DNA of 63,523 nucleotides, counting the filler, from Basidioascus undulatus (Eukaryota), in NCBI GenBank assembly GCA_000826855.1. It is 3 parts of 3 records of this genome, joined end to end, with 100 filler letters (N's around TTAATTAATTAA, not from the genome) between each part and the next. Parts side by side here need not be neighbours in the genome. Positions count along the whole stretch, not along the records: positions 18,765 to 37,388 come from JTLS01000454.1; positions 37,489 to 63,523 come from JTLS01000455.1; 1 more part is not named here. One strand, given 5' to 3'. Numbering within the stretch: the first letter of the stretch is position 1; each line of letters starts with the position of its first letter. A program made the position numbers and the translations under genes. Under the pieces are notes generated by a model. It was not told where the DNA came from, ran no database searches, and saw only the letters and a program-made list of their open reading frames with translations. Of the stretch, positions 25,264-38,999 are shown one piece after another.

Positions 25264-26722
25264 ATGCTCACTCGCTCCTTGCGCGGCTCAGGGATTCTTG
25301 CCTCCAGACATTGCTCTGTGAAAGTCTATGGCTCGAGGGGGATCTCTGGTGCGTGGGATCCGTCGGAGAACCGAGCTCCTCTCGCAGCTCACCTCTCAGT
25401 TGCTGCAGGTGCCGCGCCTCCCCTCGCGTTCGCATTTGACGTGCGTATTTTATACCAGATCAATGTAAAATCAAAGTTGAGCATCCCCTCTCTTCCGCAG
25501 ATTGACGGCGTCCTCAAAGCCGGGCCGGGCGTTCTCCCGCGTGCACAACGCACGCTTTCCTTCCTCAACTCGCAGCGCATCCCCTTCATCCTGATCACCA
25601 ACGGCGGCGGCGTGCGCGAGGACACGCGCGGCGCGGCGCTCTCGCGCGAGCTGGGCGTGCCGATCGCGCAGGACCAGCTCGTCCAGAGCCATACGGTCAT
25701 GCGGAGCTTGGTCCCCCGCTTGAAGGACACGAACATCCTCGTTGTGGGTGGGGCGCAGAGGGGCCAGGCGTGCAGGGAGGTCGCGGAGTGGTATGGGTTC
25801 AAGAACGTGTTCGTTCCTGGGGACATTCATCGTTGGGCACCGTCGTGCGTACCTCTCCCTAGCGCATCCTGCGTCTTGCTTTTGCTGGCTGACCGCACGT
25901 TGGCACAGGATCTCCCCCTTCATCGCTCCTCCCCCTCCCACAGACCCCGCAGACCTCCCGCACGCCTACCACATCAAGCACGCGGACTTCTCGCGCCTGC
26001 CCTTCTCCGCAGTGCTCGTCTTTCACGACTCGCGCGAGTGGGGCCTCGACATCCAGATCATCACTGAGCTGCTGCGCAGCCGGGGCGGCGTGATGGGTAC
26101 CGAGGGACCGGTGGGGCAGCAGGGGGTCGAGGTCCACTTCTCAAATTGTGATGTCCTCTGGACGAAGTGCGTGGATACGTTTGCATTACTGGGAACCGGC
26201 AGGAGGGTGCTGATGCTGATGCATTTGCGCGGCGCATCAGCGAATACCCGTTGCCCCGATACGGACAGGGCGCGTTCATCGAAGCGCTCAAAGCAGTCTA
26301 CGCAGCGCACCACCCAAACTCCCCAACCTTTGAACACACCCTGTATGGCAAGCCCCATAAAGTGCGTCCTCCCCCGCCTGCCTTTTCCCTTCCCATGCCA
26401 TCCGCCCTTCCCTTTGCCTCTTCATTCCCACTTACCTCCGCCTCCTCCCCACCAGGTAACGTATGACTACGCCTCCGCCCTCCTATCCTCGCTCTCCGCC
26501 TCGCGCGGACCCCCCAAGATCTGGATGGTCGGCGACAACCCCGCGTCGGACATCGCGGGCGCAAACGCGTACGGTTGGGCGTCCGCGCTCGTGCGCACGG
26601 GCGTGTTCAAGGACGAGCGCGGCCCGCCCGCGTACGAGCCGATGGTCGTTGTGGACGACTGCTGGGAGGCTGTAAGGGAGGCGTGCAGGAGGGAGCTGGG
26701 ATGGGAGGTGCCGCGCGAGTGA
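25264..26722 (+). CDS. HAD-superfamily subfamily IIA hydrolase (CECR5/HDHD5-like)
   Basis: AFAFD|IDGVL, IPFILITNGGG, VQSHT, PRYGQGAF, YGKPHK|VTYDYA, WMVGDNPASDIAGANAYGW. Confidence 0.92.
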
Positions 26723-27748
26723 CGGGGGAAGAGGTCTGTTTGAGGCAGGGAATTGTGCAACGGCGAGGGACTATCCGGACTCACGTTATTGTAGGATCGC
26801 ATTTCTGGTCCTGCGCTTGGGACGTTGCGAGGTTGGATGAAGGAGACACTGCGTTGAATGGGTGGCTCAGTTGAATGTACATTTCTGCTGTTGGCGCTTC
26901 TGCCGGGTACCATTGTCATATCAGTTTGAGTCCGTAGAGGTTGAGCCCGGAAAGATAATTGATGTTTGTCTTTTGTGCAGCGCTGACTCAATGGCTCTGA
27001 CATTCTGCTTTCACAGTGCAGCCGGCAAAGTCGATCTGTAAAGGAAAGGCACAGTAGTGATAGGGCTGCGAGGGCGCTTTGCGCAACTGGAGGGGATATA
27101 AGTTGACTCCATAGTATGAAAAAAATTCTGGTCAAGAACTATATTCCGACCCGACCGCAGCCTCACACCTTCGATGCCAACGCTTGACGAAGCGTTACGT
27201 CGCTGAGCTTGTCTATGCCATTTCGGAAAGGGATAGACATGATGTTTGGGTGTACATGAGCTTCCACACTGCCCGACAATCCCAATTGCGTGCGCGCTGC
27301 CATTGGTGAGGCAGCCGCACTTCGCTTCCTGAATACCGTGAGGTGCCCTGCCCAGTCAACACTTAGTCGCTTGCGGAAACAGCTGTTCTATGCATTTTTT
27401 ATTGTCGCCTACCCACGCTATTGTCGCCCACCACGCCATCCTCCTCCAACCCGCTCGTCTCCATCGTCGACCTCGTGCGACCAGCTGACCGCATCGCACA
27501 CCTGAGGTAAATCGGCACTGCTGCTCACGCGCATGGGGTACTCTGAGTGCGTATGCGAATGATGGTAGGTTGTAGGTATATGAAAAGATGATGAATACAA
27601 CATGTGAATGCGACTGTACCAAGAACCGAATGCAAACCGACCCTGTCCTCCCTCGCCCATCTCCTCATTCCTAACCCGCCCTGTCCGCTCCCAAAAGTCC
27701 TCGCCACCCGTCCATCCAAACCCCCTCCAGCCTCCAGAGCACGGAAGC

Positions 27749-28472
27749 TCAGTTGTTCTGGCTCCAAGAATGCCCGCACTTGACGCATTCGTAGAACACG
27801 GTCGAGCCTTCGTCGGCGGAACCTGTATTTGTCCACCCGACGCTTCGGTCAGCCGCAGCTCGGCCTCAAGTCCTCTTCGACACCATGGCGGAGCGAGACC
27901 GAAGAAGGGGAGATAAGAAAAGGGCCGACGAACGAAGTTGTAGAGTGGTGAACGTCGCACGGTCATGTCCGCAGGAGGGGCACTCCTCGTCGATCTGTAG
28001 GCGATTACGGAGAGTAGTGGGGATGAAGATGACAAGGAACAATGCAGAGCGTATGGTGGCATTGGTTGTCAGATAGGGTGGGGCTATGCGCAGAGTGGAA
28101 AGGAAAGAAGACCCACCTCAGCACCCTTCTTCGGCCCACCCGCATCAGGCACCTTCGTCACAACAAGCGCCTTCTTCTGCCTCAGTGCAGAGGGGAACGC
28201 ATCGGGATGGGACTTGGTCGTGATTTTCAAGTTCTCGTAGGCTGCCCGCGCGCCACTCCCTCAGCCACCATCCAAGCATCTGATAGGCGCGGGACGCGGG
28301 AGAGTAGGGACGCACCGGAAGCCGACTCGACAAAGCCGCACTCGTCGCAGGTGATCTCGTCGTCGTCAGCAGGCAGGTTGAGCAGACTGCCGCAGCATCG
28401 GCAGAAGAGGAGCGAGCCTATCCGGGCCGGCTGGTCGCCGTACTTGAGTTGGGCGGACGTCCTGGCGGGCAT
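27749..28472 (-). CDS. RPA12: RNA polymerase I subunit A12
   Basis: IGSLLFCRCCGSLL...CDECG zinc ribbon; FPSALRQK; C-terminal TFIIS-like IDEECPSCGH...TLQLR|SADEGSTVFYECVKCGH. Confidence 0.95.
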
Positions 28473-28892
28473 TTTGTATAGAGGCGAGGGAAGGGCGTGT
28501 CAGAGGTAGTGACGGGGGAGAGGCCACGGGGCAATTAGGGCTAAGAAAGATCCCAGAGGACGAGAGTGCAATGTTGTTGGTGTGAGTAAGTAAGGTGTGA
28601 GAGGAGAGGGCGAAGCAAGAAGGCAACCAAGATTTCGAGGACGGGATCTGCGGTGTCCGCGGGTTCACCTTGAGCTTTCCGTGTCGAACCGCGTCTTACG
28701 TTTTACATCCGCCCTCCATCCGCCCCATCCGCCCTCCACCGGCCGGACGAAGGTCGTCCGCTCTCGGAGGGTCATGAATCGTGTTCCGAGCAAGTCCACA
28801 CCCTTCTCGTCACCTAACTTATTCGTGCCAGATCAACCCTTAGCAGCCCACCATCACCATCACTGGAGCCACCACAGTCCACAGCGTAGACC

Positions 28893-30986
28893 ATGCGGCG
28901 CCTCCCCACGCACCGCGCCTTCACCTACATCTTTTCCCGCGCCCTGTCGACGTCTTCTCGCACGCCTCTGGTGCGGCCCAGGAAGCTCGAGGAGGTCGGG
29001 GACAAGGTCCCGTTTGATCTGAAGCCTCTTGGAAAGTACGTATTGGAGTTCAATCCTCCGTGCGACTCGGGGCTCAATAGCTGAGGCACGGCGTCTGTGG
29101 GAACAGGCTAAGCAAGGCGGTTCCGACGCGGAGGACGACGCATGTTACTCAGCGAGTCGGGTCAATGTTTGGGTGCGTCTCCAGTGTGAAATGGACATAT
29201 GGCTTGATGGGATTGACACACGACCGAACGCAGAGGCAACCACTCCCTTGAGTGGACCGCCCCGCCCCGGACAGTGCTCATTGTCAAGAAGCCTGGCGAC
29301 GAGCGCACGAGCCAGGCCATGCGCACCGTCATCCGGTGTGTTCCTCCGCACTAATGTGCCCTTGGATCCAATTTGATTAAACGAGGACAGCCATCTGCAA
29401 ATGGAGTATCCCGAAACCAACATTGTCATCGAGCCCTCTGTGGCTTCCGAGCTGCCCGACCTCATCGACTCCCTCATCATCGCACCCCTCGGTACGTGCT
29501 GATATCGGCTGTCGCAATGTCCATAGGAAGCTCATGCATGCCTCTAAACAGAGAATGAGAACCTGTTATCTTCCCGGATCGACTTCATCATCACCCTCGG
29601 TGGGGACGGCACGGCGCTACACACTGCCTCCCTCTTTTCCACCGGGCCCGTTCCACCCGTGCTTAGCTTCAGCATGGGCACGCTCGGCTTCCTCCTCCCG
29701 TTCCGTAAGTTCTCTCACATTCGCCTTGAACTCACCTGCTTGTTGAAAGGATCTCACGCATCTCTGCCACCCAGACATCGACCAGGTCCGCACCGCCCTC
29801 GCGGACCTGTACGCCTCGCGCGTCAGCGTGCTCAAGCGCATGCGGCTCACCTGCAGCCTTCATGGCCCAGACGGAACCGAGCTAGAGCGGTTCAGGAGTG
29901 CGTGTTGGTCTGGCCTTTGGTTCCGTACGCACTGAACGGCTCACTGCTCTGGGTACGGGTGCGCGTAGAATATCAAGTCATGAACGAGGTCTCGCTCCAC
30001 CGCGGCGCATTCCCGCATTTGGCGCAGATCGAGATCTACGTGGATGGCCAGGCTCTAACGGAGGCGGTCGTAAGTCCGGCTGTCACACTTTTCTCTCGCA
30101 CTAGTGCTGACGCCCACAGCTCTGCAGGCTGATGGTTTAATCGTCTCCACGCCCACCGGCTCTTCCGCATACTCCGTGAGTGTTCATGCACCTGAGGAAA
30201 TCGCTCAAGGGATAAATCCCCTGTGTCGTTTGGGTTGCAGCTATCCGCCGGCGGCCCACTCGTCCACCCCTCCGTCCAGTCCCTCGTAGTAACGCCTATC
30301 TCTCCCCGCTCGCTCTCTTTCCGCCCGCTGCTCCTGCCAAGTGACACGACCGTTCAACTCCGGGTGCGTTTCTATGCTCGGTTTCTGCACCGGGCAATTC
30401 AACTGATGGCTCTTCGGCTGTGCCCGGCATGCAGATAGCGGACGCTGCACGCGCCCCGCCCTCCATATCCCTGGACGGACAGGACATCTGCCCGCTGCAG
30501 CCGGGCGAGTACATCCAAGTCGCCATGTCTCCGTTCCGTGCGTCTTTTCTCTTCCCCATCCGTACCCCGCCTTTCAACCGTCACCCCCACCCGCTCTTCC
30601 CCTCCCGCTAACTTTGTCCTCCGAACAGCCATACCCTGCATCAACCGCTCCTCCGCCTCGCTCGCGCGCCCGGCGTCCGAGTCCAACGGCCTCGCAGGGC
30701 TCGCCGGGCGCCACACGCAGCCGCGCCTCGCGGCAGAAAAGCAACTTGCGGCGAATGCCGTCGAGCGCTTGGGCCGCGCGGAAGACGATTGGGTGCGGGA
30801 TATCAATGACTTGCTTAACGTGAGTTCGAGTGATGAATTGGAGGGGGGATGGAAAGGGGAGCCGAAGAACGGGACGGAAGAAGGAAGACGAGACGGGAAG
30901 CTGATCAGAAAGTGGGCGGGAAACAGTTCAACTCGAGGTTTGGATCGAAGGGCGTGGAGGTTTCCCATGCGGGGGATGTCGACTAA
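28893..30986 (+). CDS. POS5: NAD(H) kinase, mitochondrial Pos5-like
   Basis: Presequence MRRLPTHRAF...RALSTS; ITLGGDGT, PPVLSFSMGTLGFLLPF, MNEVSLHRG, ADGLIVSTPTGSSAYS|LSAGGPLVHP, DWVRDINDLLN|FN. Confidence 0.92.
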
Positions 30987-31203
30987 TTTATCGAGTTTGC
31001 AAGAACTCAGACGGAGTGTTGGCAGCCGTCTTCTCGAGTTTCAATCATGAGCGAAGGCGCGGAAGCCGTCCGCGGAAGGCTCCATCGAAGCTGGCTCTTT
31101 ACTTACTATTTCACTCACACATTTGGGCTTTTAGATCATCTTTCGCCACGCATCAATCGCACCAGTCGCAGTCTAGACCATTCGTGGTCACCCCTCCATC
31201 GTA

Positions 31204-33953
31204 TCACAGCTCGCACTCGAGCTTCTCGCCCCACCTCCCTTCGAACCAATCTCGCAGCACCTTATCGGCCGTCTCCAACGCTACAGGCCCGCCAGACAGA
31301 TCATCATTGATGCACAGCAGTGCCGTGTCGCGTGCAGCGTCCGTGTTGCCCAGCTCGCTGCGCGCGTGCGATGCGCTCCGCACACCGAAGAAGCGAGCGG
31401 GTGACGAGCCTAGCGCATATGCGTAGCGCTGAATCAGGCGCAGGGCGAAAGACCGCGCGTTGGGAAGCGACAGAGGGGGGACGTCGCCGGTGGGAAATTG
31501 GAGGGGTAGGATGCGGGGGATGGATTCGCGGTCGTGGAGGCGGAAGAGGGAGGCGGCGGGAGGAAAGCCGAGATCCCGTAAGGGACGGAACGGTTGAGGA
31601 GGGACAGGATTACTGATGTGGAATAGGTTCGCTGGTGAGTCAACTAACCCGCTGATGTGGACCGTCGGTGCAACGTACCGCAATCACCGCATTGGGGTTT
31701 CTCGATGAGCAGGCGCCGAAGGACATCCTACACGGGTTCAGACACCGTGCCAACGCAGTCGGAGTGCCACGCGGACGTCGTGGGGTTGGTGAGGGCTGGC
31801 AAACCGTGAGTGACGGCGATGTTGCCTGCGAGCGGTAAGTAGGACGAAGGGTAGCCGTCTTGGGAGACTGAATAGGGATGAAGTGAAAACCTGTGCGTCA
31901 GAGATTTGTAGAAATGAGTGAAATAGCAGGTACTGACTGAAATCATAGGCGGTGTCACCCTGCGTCTCCTGTTCCTTCGGACCCGGCGGAACGAGCCCCG
32001 CAGCGCGCATCGTCTTCTCGATGTCGGCCCGCCCTTGCCTGATGTGCAACCGAACACTCACCTCTTCCGCCTCCCTAGCCTCTCCCAGCCCCTCCCACAT
32101 CCCCTCCTTCTCCCGCTCATCCACCACTCCGTCCTCCCCTCCCCACTTCGCCGCCCAGCTCCACAGCAGCGCCTCGCGGTGCCGCTCAATCACAAAGTGC
32201 GTCGTGTGGAAGATCGTGTTGACTTCTGCCGGGTCAGTGAGCCGCGGAAGCGTGAGAGCGGTGTAAAGGAGAAGTAGGATGGGAAGGCGAGGAACGCTTC
32301 ATGCAGGAGGGGGAGGGAGAGTGCGCGGGCGTTGTGTGCTAGAGCCATGGATGCCGTTCCGTCAGCGCTCAAGCACGCATGCACCACCTCACTGTGGACC
32401 AATCGTACCTAGGTATGCCCGTGAGCGGTGCCGAAGCGGTCGCCTTGATGGTACCTGCGTCTCAGTATCTTGCGATCCGATATCATCAAGGCATGAGACT
32501 TACTGAGGTGGTTGCTCCACCCCAACGAGCGCCATTCACCATTCCCGGCGGCTTTCCCGCTAGGGTCGGGATTGACGAGGAGGTCCGGCTGAAGCCGAAA
32601 GACGAGTCCGTAGAGCGTGGAGTGGAATGCTGAAGGCAGCATAGGGAGGAGCAGGAATTGGTCGTCGTTGAGCGTGATACTGGTTGGGTGAGCTTGTCAG
32701 ACGAGCATGATGGGTTTGTGGCGTATCTGCCGACTCGTATGTTTCAGAAACTACCGCCGGATCGAGGTTGGGGAGTTGCAACTCTATAGCATGACTAATG
32801 GAAACAAGCTCGGCATCAAAGCTCCAAGGGGATAGGCAAGGCATCCCAAACCTGTTGAAGGTTGGCAGCGTTTTCTCGCGCCACGCGTCGACCTCGTCTG
32901 CGGCCGGCAGAATGGCGGTTGGCGGAATGAGACGAAAAATTTGGCTGTCCGTATAAAACAGCAATCATACCTAATGAAATGCTCCCGTAAGACATGTGGA
33001 GACGCACCGTGATGGACAAACCACAGGTGGCTGCGACGGGTCCTCTTCGTCGCCGGTTGCCTGCAGTTTGAGCGACTGCGGCACCAGTCCCAGCCTGTCT
33101 CTTGAGTCGCTGTCGTCGTCCTCTCTCGCTTCGAGAGGCACCGCCACATCGGCGGATACCAGGTGCCAAGCGCTCTCCTTCCATGACGCCGTCGCCCGCT
33201 GAGCTGCTCGAAACGAGTAACGCAGCTCGTCGTGCTGCCGAAAACGGTTCGCCTGCGGTCGCGGCCCTGCCGTTGTGAAGTACTGAGTCCGCGCCTGCTC
33301 GTGGAATGGATCTCTGAAGACAATGTTAGTGCGAGTAATAGTCAACCAAAAAATCGCCAGAACGCACGACCCGTTGTCTGAGAGGCAAATTGGCGAGCAC
33401 TGAGGTAGTCAGTAAGGGAAAGTGTGGACACCAGTAGTACCGGAAAGTAGTCTGGACTTAACCCAGATCCAGACAAGGTCAATTCACGTGTCTTGCACTT
33501 CTGAGCCACAGAGCGCCCACCGCCCATTGCCGATCCACTCCTCGAGACAAATATCCGAAAGAGCCTCATAAGCGCTTATCGGCCGGACTTCCGTATCGGC
33601 CACTGCTTCTTCGGCGAAGGCCCGGGTGAACAGGTCGTATAAGTTGTCGCCTTCCCGTATGACAGAAGAATAGGTGTCAGATTGAGGGATGAGGATCGTC
33701 TCTGGGTCGATCGAAGCGACGACTGTCGTATCGACGGCATCCGATAGAGAGGGTGGTAGCGAGGGCCATGCGATGGATCGCATAACGAGGAGGACGAGAG
33801 AAACGGCAGAGAGTGCGGTAGCTGCGGTTCGAAAGAGACGACGAGGAGGAGTGCGAGTGGCTTCGAGCGCATTAGCCGAATAAGATGCGCCGTCGACGGG
33901 TGTGGTGAAGGGCGACTGCGGTGAAGGGGCAGGAATGCTTTCGCAGGCGCCAT
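31204..33953 (-). pseudogene. Stealth-family hexose/xylose-phosphate transferase (Xpt1-like), disrupted paralog
   Basis: CR1 IDLVWIWV..NGS, CR2 RFRQHDELRYSFR/LPTFN/LNDD, HREALLWSW, CR4 LCINDD. Lesions: frameshift after MAPAKAFLPL, in-frame TGA at 33484-33486, intron-like 84-nt block in CR1, frameshift near 32235. Confidence 0.82.
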
Positions 33954-35020
33954 GGCAGTGCCGTAGAGGACAGGGATGAAGCAGCAGACTGCAGGATAAG
34001 GAAGAAGAATGCTCTGTACGGCACACGAACTCCTTGCATTCCGGGACCAACAGCGGAAGTCTCCATTGCCCTGCTGCGCTTGCGGGCCGTGGACAACGCA
34101 GAAACTCTTCATGGTGAGTTGGAGAGGCTCCCGTAGTCACAAAAATACATATGACTACAAGGCTTACAGGAATACAGTCTGTACCTGGATTATCGTTGAA
34201 AAGCGCAGTCATTGGCTGAAAACGCCGGCCGTTATCCCTAGCAGGGCGTTGGGGAGGAGCCTCGCGGATCGAAAAATCTTTGGCTGCGACCTGTCGTGTT
34301 TACATCGTCTGGTAATGTGCTCCGTAAGTGACGACTAGATATCCTCCGAGCCTCGAGGTTACTGAGACTGATCAATGACTGGACTTCCACGCCCAAAGTT
34401 GTCCAGGGAGGACGTAGATGAGTCTCGCGCTCGCTGGCTTCTTACCTATCGCGTCGCCATCCTAGCCAGAGAAGTTGCGAGCTACTTGAGTGATCGAGGG
34501 CCGCGAGGCATGCTGAGACGCCTAGACCACAAGCATGCATCACAGCATCCGCATTATACGTAGCGCATCGTCATGCATCTCAAAGTTCAGGACAGGCGAA
34601 GCGCTGCAGTAATGAAGGGAAGACGAAGGGGTTGTACAGATGCGTCAGGGCGGAGGACAGGAATCAGGTAATCATCTCAGGAAGGAAAAGACATCGAAGA
34701 GCGAAAATGTTACGTGTAGGGAGAAACTTGATGACGAGGTATGGTAAGCCGAAAGACACTGAAGAACGAAAAGAGATGCGGAAGAGGCGTGAATGCGTGA
34801 AAGGGAGACAGAGATGTAAGGAGGCGCGAGAACGAAGACGAGAGTGGGAGACGTGATGAGCTTGGATGTGTGGCGTGAAGAGGAAGAAAGAAACTGGGAG
34901 GAAAGAAAAAGCCGCGGACGACGCGCTGTGTCCATTTAGCTGAGAGGAAAGAGGAATGGGTAAACGTGGGGAGAAGCTGGGTAACAGGGGCAGACGATTG
35001 TGTACTGCGGGTGGTGGCGC

Positions 35021-37388
35021 TCACTGAACGCGCACGCCCTCGAGACCGCTCTCGAGGCGCTCCTTCTCCTGCCGCTCCTCGTCCTCGATCTCGGCGAGGA
35101 CGCCGCTGACGATAGCCTGGTGGACGAAGACGAACTGGCGGAGCGTAGCGACCATAGACATGCGCTGCTCGCGCACGTCTTCGACGACTTGGCAGATAGG
35201 CTCGTCGAGCGTCGAGAGCGAGCCGGGAAGCGGCGGCAGGCGGTCCTCGAGCTCGGGCGGCTCCGAGCGGTGCGGGTCTGGCGTGGGCGCGATGCTCGAC
35301 GGTTCGGTCGACACGTCGCCGCTGCCGATCTGGGTGAGGGACGACCCGCCAAACGTGCCGCCGCCGCTGACGCTGAAGGACGACGAACTCGCGTCGGACG
35401 CGACGTCATCGGCGGACGCGAATGCGGCGACCCGCTGCGCGACGGCGGCGGGGAACGACGAGGAGGAGCGAGGGGGCGAGGACGAGGACATGTCGACTTC
35501 CATCGGCGAGCCCTCGCGGTGATCGCGCGGCGGGCCGGGCTGGATAGGCCTGCCGATCGGACTCGTCGTCTGCAGCCTGGCAGGCCGGAAAGGCTTGGGC
35601 TCCGAGATGCTCATGCGCGAGCGCTGGCGCGACGTGGCGGCCAGCTGCGCACGCCCCTCCTTCTCGGCTTTACGCTCGCTACGAAGGGCGTCGAGGACGG
35701 CGTCCTGTCAATCCAAGCAAACGTTAGAGACATCGTCCCCGGGTCATTGGCGACGAGCGGCAACGTACCACAACGATATAGCTTCCTGTCCTGCCCACGC
35801 CCGCCGAGCAGTGCACCACGACCGGTCCATGGTCAGGCTCGGACAGCGCGTGGACCTCGTGCAGGAGAGGCAGGAGCGCGTTGGCGGTCCCGGGGATGTC
35901 GAAGTCCGGCCAGGCGACATACTGGAACTGGGTGACCTTGCGCCTCGGCTGGTCGGGGAAGCGGGAGTGGGACAGCCAGAAGATGCGCCGGATCGTCGTC
36001 TGCTCGTCCGGGCCCGCCTTGGGAACCGCGGCGGACAGGTCGAAGTTGAACCCGGACGACTCCTTGTCGACGTGCTCCTCGCCATCCGACGAGACGAGCT
36101 CGAGCTTGAGCGGGCCCATGTCGCCCGGCTGCCAGTACGGGCCGCACTTCGCCGTGCCGCCCTCACGCTGCTTCGTGAGCCTGTTCACCCAAGTTCAGCG
36201 TCAGTCCGCAATTGCTCGACGCCGGTCAAACCGTGAAATAAAACGTACATGACGATGACGCGCACGTTTTGCTCCCAGCAGACGGTCCAGAAGTCGCGGT
36301 AGGTCGCGTCCATCGGGCCTTGAGTGGCGATGTAGCGCCTGGCCTGCGGCGTGCCGGGCGGCGGGGAGCTCTCTTTGGTGCTGCCGTCGAGCGTGCCACC
36401 GATGGGGGCGTTCTCGCTCAGCCTCCGGATGGGGTGGATGAACGACGCGTTAACATAGTCGCAGTCGTTCCGACTGGCGCAGTGGAGCTTGACGCGCGAG
36501 TATTCCTGGGAGTGAGGCGAAGAATTAGCAATTCGGCGACATAATCGTGTCTCAGCTGCGGGGGGACGAACGAAGGGGAAGATGTTCCGGTATCTGTGAA
36601 AGAAAGGCAACAGCGTGTCAGTTCTCTTTTCCATTTTCCCGAACAGCTCAAGCGCCAACTCACCGGTTCTTCCCGCCAAGCTCGACGCCCGCGCCGATGC
36701 TGAAGGGGTGATAGCCTTCCCGTCCGCCCTGGCGGCGCTGCTGCTCGGCCTCCTCGAGGTTCTGCGAGCGGCTCGCGAGCCACTCCATGACGTCCATGAG
36801 CCTGCGCTGCTCCGAGACCTCGATGCGGTAGAACTGGCGCGCGAGCTCCTCGGCCGCGTCCTCGTCGCGCATGCGCACCAGCCGGCGCAGGAACGCGGGC
36901 AGCTTGTCCGCCTGCGCGACGACGTGCGGGGGAAACGCGAGCGGGATCCGCTCGGCTGGCATGCCCGTGGAGAGCTCGCGGTTCTGGCGGACGACGTCGA
37001 CTGCGCAGATGACAGGGAGGTGATGTATGGGTTAGTGTGGGGAGCGATGTTGAAAACGAGATAGAAGAGAAGAGGAAGCGGGCCAAGAACGCACAGAACG
37101 GATTGGCAGCCGTCCGCTGCTCGCTGACGCTCATGGGCTTTCCACCTGCTTGAGAATCGAGAGGACCGTAAGCAGGACCGATGCCTGCGCTTTCGGGGAG
37201 GAGATTGTTCGGAATACCAGTAGACAGAGGGGCGGGGTTGTCCGGTGCTGCGCCGTCGGGGCCGCCGGCTGCCGCCAAGGGGAGGGAGAGCGAGTTGGTC
37301 GAGGCCGTAGTGGAGGTTTGCTGGAACGCCGCGAGCGGGAGGTGGCGCGGCTGGACAAAGACCCCGCTCGTCCCGCCACCCCCGCCGT
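35021..37388 (-). CDS. Classical protein tyrosine phosphatase (Ptp2/Pyp-like); 5' end in the gap
   Basis: KNR|YRNIFPF, DYVNAS, YIATQGP, DFWTVCWEQ, KCGPYW, WPD loop, VHCSAGVGRTG, REQRMSMVATLRQF. Confidence 0.95.
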
Positions 37389-37488
37389 NNNNNNNNNNNN
37401 NNNNNNNNNNNNNNNNNNNNNNNNNNNNNNNNTTAATTAATTAANNNNNNNNNNNNNNNNNNNNNNNNNNNNNNNNNNNNNNNNNNNN
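37389..37488. other. Assembly gap with TTAATTAATTAA linker
   Basis: 44 N + 12-nt linker + 44 N. Confidence 0.95.
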
Positions 37489-38999
37489 AACCCTCGAACA
37501 GCGCCTCAATCGCCCAGTACGCCTCGGGGAGGGAGAAGTTGGGGAGTCGGATGGGCTGGGAGCCGAGGGGCCGGAGGGGACGGACGAGGGGCTCGGTGGC
37601 GCAGGGGGCGCAGGGGCAGGAGCGGGGGGAAAGTCCCATGGGCGGGGGACCTGTGGGTTCGCTTGGGGTAAGGAAGTTCAGGGGAAGAAGGAATTAAGGA
37701 GGGTAGGGACGGACGAGTGCGACGGGGATGAACCTGTGGTGCAAATCGGTCAGATATGGTGCAGGAGAAGGGAGGCGTGGGTGTGGGACCAAAGAAGGAA
37801 AACGAACCAAGTAGCCGCGACGACGACCCCCTTCCCCTTGTCCTGGTTCCGGATCGCCTCCCACTCCATCTCGATGTAGCTCGCGATGTACCGCAAGAAG
37901 GGGAGGAGCTCGGGGGCGCCGCCGGCTGCCATCGCAGTCTCTCGTGTCAGCTCACCAGTGAAGGGGTGGGTGGGGGAAAAGTGATGTGGGTGGGAGGGGT
38001 ATGCGAGGGAGAGGGAAGGGACGCACTGGAAGTTGCGAGGACGGAGAGGAAGGAGAGGAAAGTGGAGGAGATGGACTTGTAGGTCTGCCCGCGGGGCGGG
38101 CAGGTGGTTAGTCCGTGGGATGTGGAAAGAGAGGAGGGGAGACGTACAGCAAGAGTTTTGAGTGATTTGGGGGGCATGGCGATTTCATAACCCCACTTGT
38201 CTATTCGGAGTCAGTTTAATGCTACGAGGGGGACAAAGAAGAGGGGAAGAGGGTGTGGAGGAAGAAGAGGAGACGCACAGACGAACAAGCTCATCCGATC
38301 AAGGGGGGGGTGCACGCCCTCATGCGCGCCTGTAAGCTTGATCACGTCCGCCGACACCTGACCGAGGGCGTCAAAAGCGCCGCTCGCCTGGGAGAGCCCG
38401 CCGAGGACCTTGCCCGGCAAGCTGGCGGGCGAGGAGAGGAGAAGCTGGGTGGGGTCGATGGTGGGGTTCAATCCCGGCCCCTCTCCCTCTTTCTTCTCCC
38501 CCTCCTTCTCCTCCGCCTCCTTCTCCTCCGCCTCCTCGTGGTTGAGGTAAAGCAACTTGCACTGCCCGTCGTCATCATGGCAGTGGGCGGTAGCGGCCGC
38601 GGCATCCTCCGCTTTGAGCCGGCAGATGACTTCGTTCGCCTCTTCCGGGCGTAGCAGCGCGCGCTTGAGCTTCTTGAGCGTCCCCGGGCTGAGTGCGGGC
38701 ACGGCGGGCGCCTTCTTTGCGTGTGCGTGCGCGCGCGTCGCGGACACGGTCGGCTGCGAGGCGGATGGAGGGTGAAGGACCGTTTTGAGCGCTGTGGCGT
38801 TGCGCTGGATTTGCGCTTCGTGCCGCGTTGGGCGGGCAGCGGGGCGCGTGGGAGAGGGGGAAGTGGTTGGGTATGCAGGGGAGGAAGGGAGGGAGGTGCG
38901 CCGGCTGAAGAGGTTGAGCGACATCCGGCGCGGGCGGTTAGCGGGAGGGGGGGACGCCGGGCGGTCCGCGTCGATCGAGGAGGGAGGAGCAGCCGTCAT
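37489..38999 (-). CDS. Fungal hypothetical protein; 3' end runs into the gap
   Basis: Long first exon (MTAAPPSS...PPLDRMSLFV), then WGYEIAMPP, ELLPFLRYIASYIEMEWEAIRNQDKGKGVVVAATW|FIPVAL|VPRPWDF with canonical introns. Confidence 0.75.
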
